Source: an uncultured delta proteobacterium
GTDB taxonomy: Bacteria; Desulfobacterota; Desulfobacteria; Desulfobacterales; Desulfatirhabdiaceae
Length of the DNA stretch: 64,000 nt
NCBI GenBank assembly: GCA_963789395.1
Contig: CAWBKP010000022.1
Span: 320,001 to 384,000, forward strand
Direction of reading: 5' to 3'
The translations under genes and the position numbers were made by a program. Below are positions 62,001 to 64,000 of the stretch, piece by piece; positions within the stretch are counted from its first letter, which is position 1, and each line of letters starts with the position of its first letter. The notes below the pieces were generated by a model. That model ran no database searches. It worked only from the letters and a program-made list of their open reading frames with translations, and was not told where the DNA came from.

Positions 62001-62273
62001 GCCAAGATTCGGCAGCAGGGCATCAGGACGTTCCTTGGCGATGATTTCCGTAAGAACCTTGACGTTCAATGGCTCGATATAGGTAACGTCCGCCATGCCC
62101 GGATCGGTCATGATGGTTGCGGGGTTTGAATTCACCAGAACGATCTCGTATCCCATGGACCGCAGGGCCTTGCAGGCCTGGGTTCCGGAATAGTCAAATT
62201 CGCAGGCCTGCCCGATGATAATGGGGCCTGAGCCGATAATCAGCACTTTGCGGATATCCTGTCTTACGGGCAT
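59073..62273 (-). CDS. carB: Carbamoyl-phosphate synthase large subunit
   Basis: IGSGPIIIGQACEFDYSG, NSNPATIMTD, GPNRIGQGIEFDYCC, EANPRASRT; 1066 aa with MGS domain. Confidence 0.97.
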   Translation of the reverse strand: MPVRQDIRKVLIIGSGPIIIGQACEFDYSGTQACKALRSMGYEIVLVNSNPATIMTDPGMADVTYIEPLNVKVLTEIIAKERPDALLPNLGGQTALNLASELYAGGVLAEYGVKVIGVNIDAIERGEDRTAFKETMNRLGIEMPRSQAVNTVEDAEKTAESLGYPVVIRPAYTMGGTGGGLVYNVEELRVIAARGLAASRVHQILVEESVLGWEELELEVVRDAKNQMITVCFIENVDAMGIHTGDSYCTAPMLTISPELQKKLQDYSYRIVEAIEVIGGTNVQFAHDPKTGRVVVIEINPRTSRSSALASKATGFPIAQVSSLLAGGMTLDEIPYWRDGTLEKYTPSGDYVVVKFARWAFEKFPGVEDRLGTQMRAVGEVMSIGKNYKEALQKAIRSLEIGRYGLGFAKDFHQQPLNSLMAMLGTPSSERQFILYEAIRKGADLTTLYEKTHIKPWFLEQMKELVSLENDILKYKGKALPDDLLILAKKDGFADKYLAKILEIPEEQVRSRRKAAGMAEAWEAVPVSGVENAAYYFSTYNAPDSVPVSSRKKIMVLGGGPNRIGQGIEFDYCCVHAAFAIRDAGYESIMVNCNPETVSTDYDTSDKLYFEPLTVEDVLSIYEKERPEGVIVQFGGQTPLNIAAELAAAGVKILGTSPETIDLAEDRERFSRIMRRMAIPQPESGLAGTADEALAIATAIGYPLIVRPSYVLGGRAMEIVHDEEMLRHYMKVAVAVSPERPIYIDKFLDNAIEAEADAIADGTDAFVPAVMEHIELAGIHSGDSACVIPTIGIPTKHVETIREYTRKIASELGVVGLMNIQYAIFFNTVYVLEANPRASRTVPIVSKVCNISMARIATEIILGKKLSDLNLTPAVIPHFGVKESVFPFNMFPEVDPVLGPEMRSTGEVLGLSRNFGRAFFKAQEATQTPLPLEGGVLFTVSDLDKQAAMEPARLFRDMGFRLMATRGTHDFFKQNGIASQEVKKLGYGRPDLVDALKNGEVNLIVNTPSGRRSSEDGSAIRKAAIRYKTPYITTTAAAISAAKGIAARREGPPQVRSLQEYHAAIL

Positions 62274-62984
62274 TTACATCCTCCAATAGAGTTTTTGATC
62301 GCAGGTTACGGGGCCGATGATTTGGAGCCAAAACATGTTAAGCCAAACTAACCAACATGAGCCAGAATAAAAGCCGGACATCATGCCGGATAAATAACCC
62401 CTCTGTATGATATTTCGAAAACAGTATGTATTAAACTGAAATATTTATATATTTTATGAAGATGTAACCCGAATATACGATTAAATCAAGTAAAAATAAA
62501 GGCGGCAGTGTGCGGGAGAATAAGTTCAACTTACTGCAATGGGGGTTCTGGCGTCAAACTCCATCCGGGTTCTTGAACCGGTTCGGCTATCAGAGAATAT
62601 GATCGCAATTTCCCCAGGGAAGATCAGCTAACCGATCGCAGTTCTGATGAATTTTTGGGGCATAAAAACACACTATTGCAAATATATCGCTATCCAGGCG
62701 TTGGAGAAATCCGTGCCGAGTGCGATGGAATTTCATTATATTGATGGTGGTGTGTCTGTTTTGCAACGCCAATGTGAACGGATATTATATGGATTGGAGA
62801 AGCGTTAATTTGTTTGCAGAAATGGCAGCATTGTCATAGGGTATTTTTGGAAAATTATTGAATTTGGCTTTAGGAGCTGGTCGCGAGAGTCAATGATACC
62901 GGTCGTATCCATTAAGATGGCCGGACTCAACAATATGAGCAAGTATGTGCAACACAACTCGAATTTCAAACATAGGTTGCCACT

Positions 62985-64000
62985 ATGACTAAAAAGCCAA
63001 CATACGAAGAGCTTGAGCAACGAGTTCTGGAATTAGAGAAAGCCGATTTCAAGCGCAAACAGGCTGAAACATGCAATGTGGGAGAGTGAGAGTCTTCTCA
63101 GCAGCATCTTCCGTGCTGCTCCTACAGGGATCGGTGTAGTGAGCAACCGAATTTTGCTGGCTGTTAATGACCGGGTCTGTGATATGCTCGGTTACAGCCG
63201 GGAAGAAATGATCGGCCATAGCGCCAGGATGCTGTACCCAAGTGAAGCCCATTTTGAATATGTGGGCACGGAAAAATACCGTCAGATCCTCCAATGTGGA
63301 ACCGGCACGGTAGAAACGCTCTGGCAGTGTAAAGATGGCCGCGTAATAGACATACTGATGAGCTCTGCCCCCATTAATCCCGAGGATCTCGCTGCGGGAG
63401 TGACATTCACTGCTCTCGATATCACTGAACGTAAAAAAGCAGAGGGATCGCTGCGAGAGAGTGAGGCCATGCAACGCATCCTGCTGGACAATCTTCCTGC
63501 CGGAGTAATCATCGTAGACCCTTTGACCCGGAGCATCGAGAGAGTAAATGATTATGCGGCCGCTTTGTTTGGCGGTCCGATTGACTGCCTTATAGGCCAA
63601 AGATGTCACACATTATTATGTCCTGTAAACGATGGGGCATGTCCCATATGTGACTTGGGCAATACAGTGGAAAACTCAGAGTGTGAGATTCTTCGAAATG
63701 ACGGCAGTCGTCTGCCCGTTATCAAAACCGTGAAGCGAATCCAGTTAAAGGTCAAGAGAAGCTTCTGGAATGCTTTGTGGATGTTTCTGACCGCAAGCAG
63801 GCAGAGGAAGATCGCGCACTGAACGCTCAGCGCACGCAAGCGCTTCTGCATCTGAACCAGATGACGGAAGCAACACTGCAGGAGATCACGGACTTCGCCT
63901 TGGAGGAAGCCGTAAGGTTGACCAAAAGCACTATCGGTTATCTTGCTTTTCTCAACGACGACGAGAATGTTCTGGCCATGCACTCGTGGTCGAAATCGGC
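62985..64000 (+). CDS. Multi-PAS/GAF sensor protein (probably a histidine kinase), truncated by the window end; apparent frameshifts near 63070 and 63750
   Basis: MTKKPTYEELEQRVLELE leader; PAS repeats (VNDRVCDMLGYSREE, DITERKKAE); GAF start (EEAVRLTKSTIGY) in an alternate frame. Confidence 0.8.

Noticed and set aside
59073..62273. carB without adjacent carA
   Set aside because: Split carA/carB loci are common; not unusual on its own.
62325..62390. Short AGCCAA/ACATG repeats upstream of carB as an attenuator
   Set aside because: No convincing terminator/antiterminator structure.
62549..62771. Possible degenerate MITE (TGGCGTCAAACTCC ... GTTTTGCAACGCCA)
   Set aside because: The inverted match needs gaps and there is no second copy in the window; too weak to call.

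Overview
GC-rich bacterial chromosomal window, most consistent with a strictly anaerobic aromatic-degrading Desulfobacterota (inferred from gene content and style). From left to right: (1) a glgE / treS-maltokinase / glgB alpha-glucan operon on the minus strand, broken by many single-base frameshifts, plus mscS; (2) a five-gene cluster of circularly permuted ATP-grasp, alpha-E, transglutaminase and DUF2126 amidoligase genes, followed by glgA and a Y1/HUH (RAYT-like) transposase bounded by terminal inverted repeats, with a third copy of that end 11 kb upstream so that the whole 9.2-21.6 kb block is bracketed; (3) a GalT-like gene, a PAS-PP2C phosphatase, a peptide ABC transporter and a USP; (4) an anaerobic aromatic catabolism region of about 26 kb: TRAP transporter, CoA ligases, a 4-hydroxybenzoyl-CoA reductase-like Mo enzyme, acyl-CoA dehydrogenase, MarR, oah/dch/had, beta-oxidation enzymes, iorAB and paaK, with no benzoyl-CoA reductase in the window; (5) two histidine kinases and a response regulator, carB, and a truncated PAS/GAF sensor. 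Several families of small intergenic palindromic or 7-bp-periodic repeats recur, one with covarying hairpins. Scattered frameshifts are probably long-read indel errors. No rRNA, tRNA or CRISPR array was seen.
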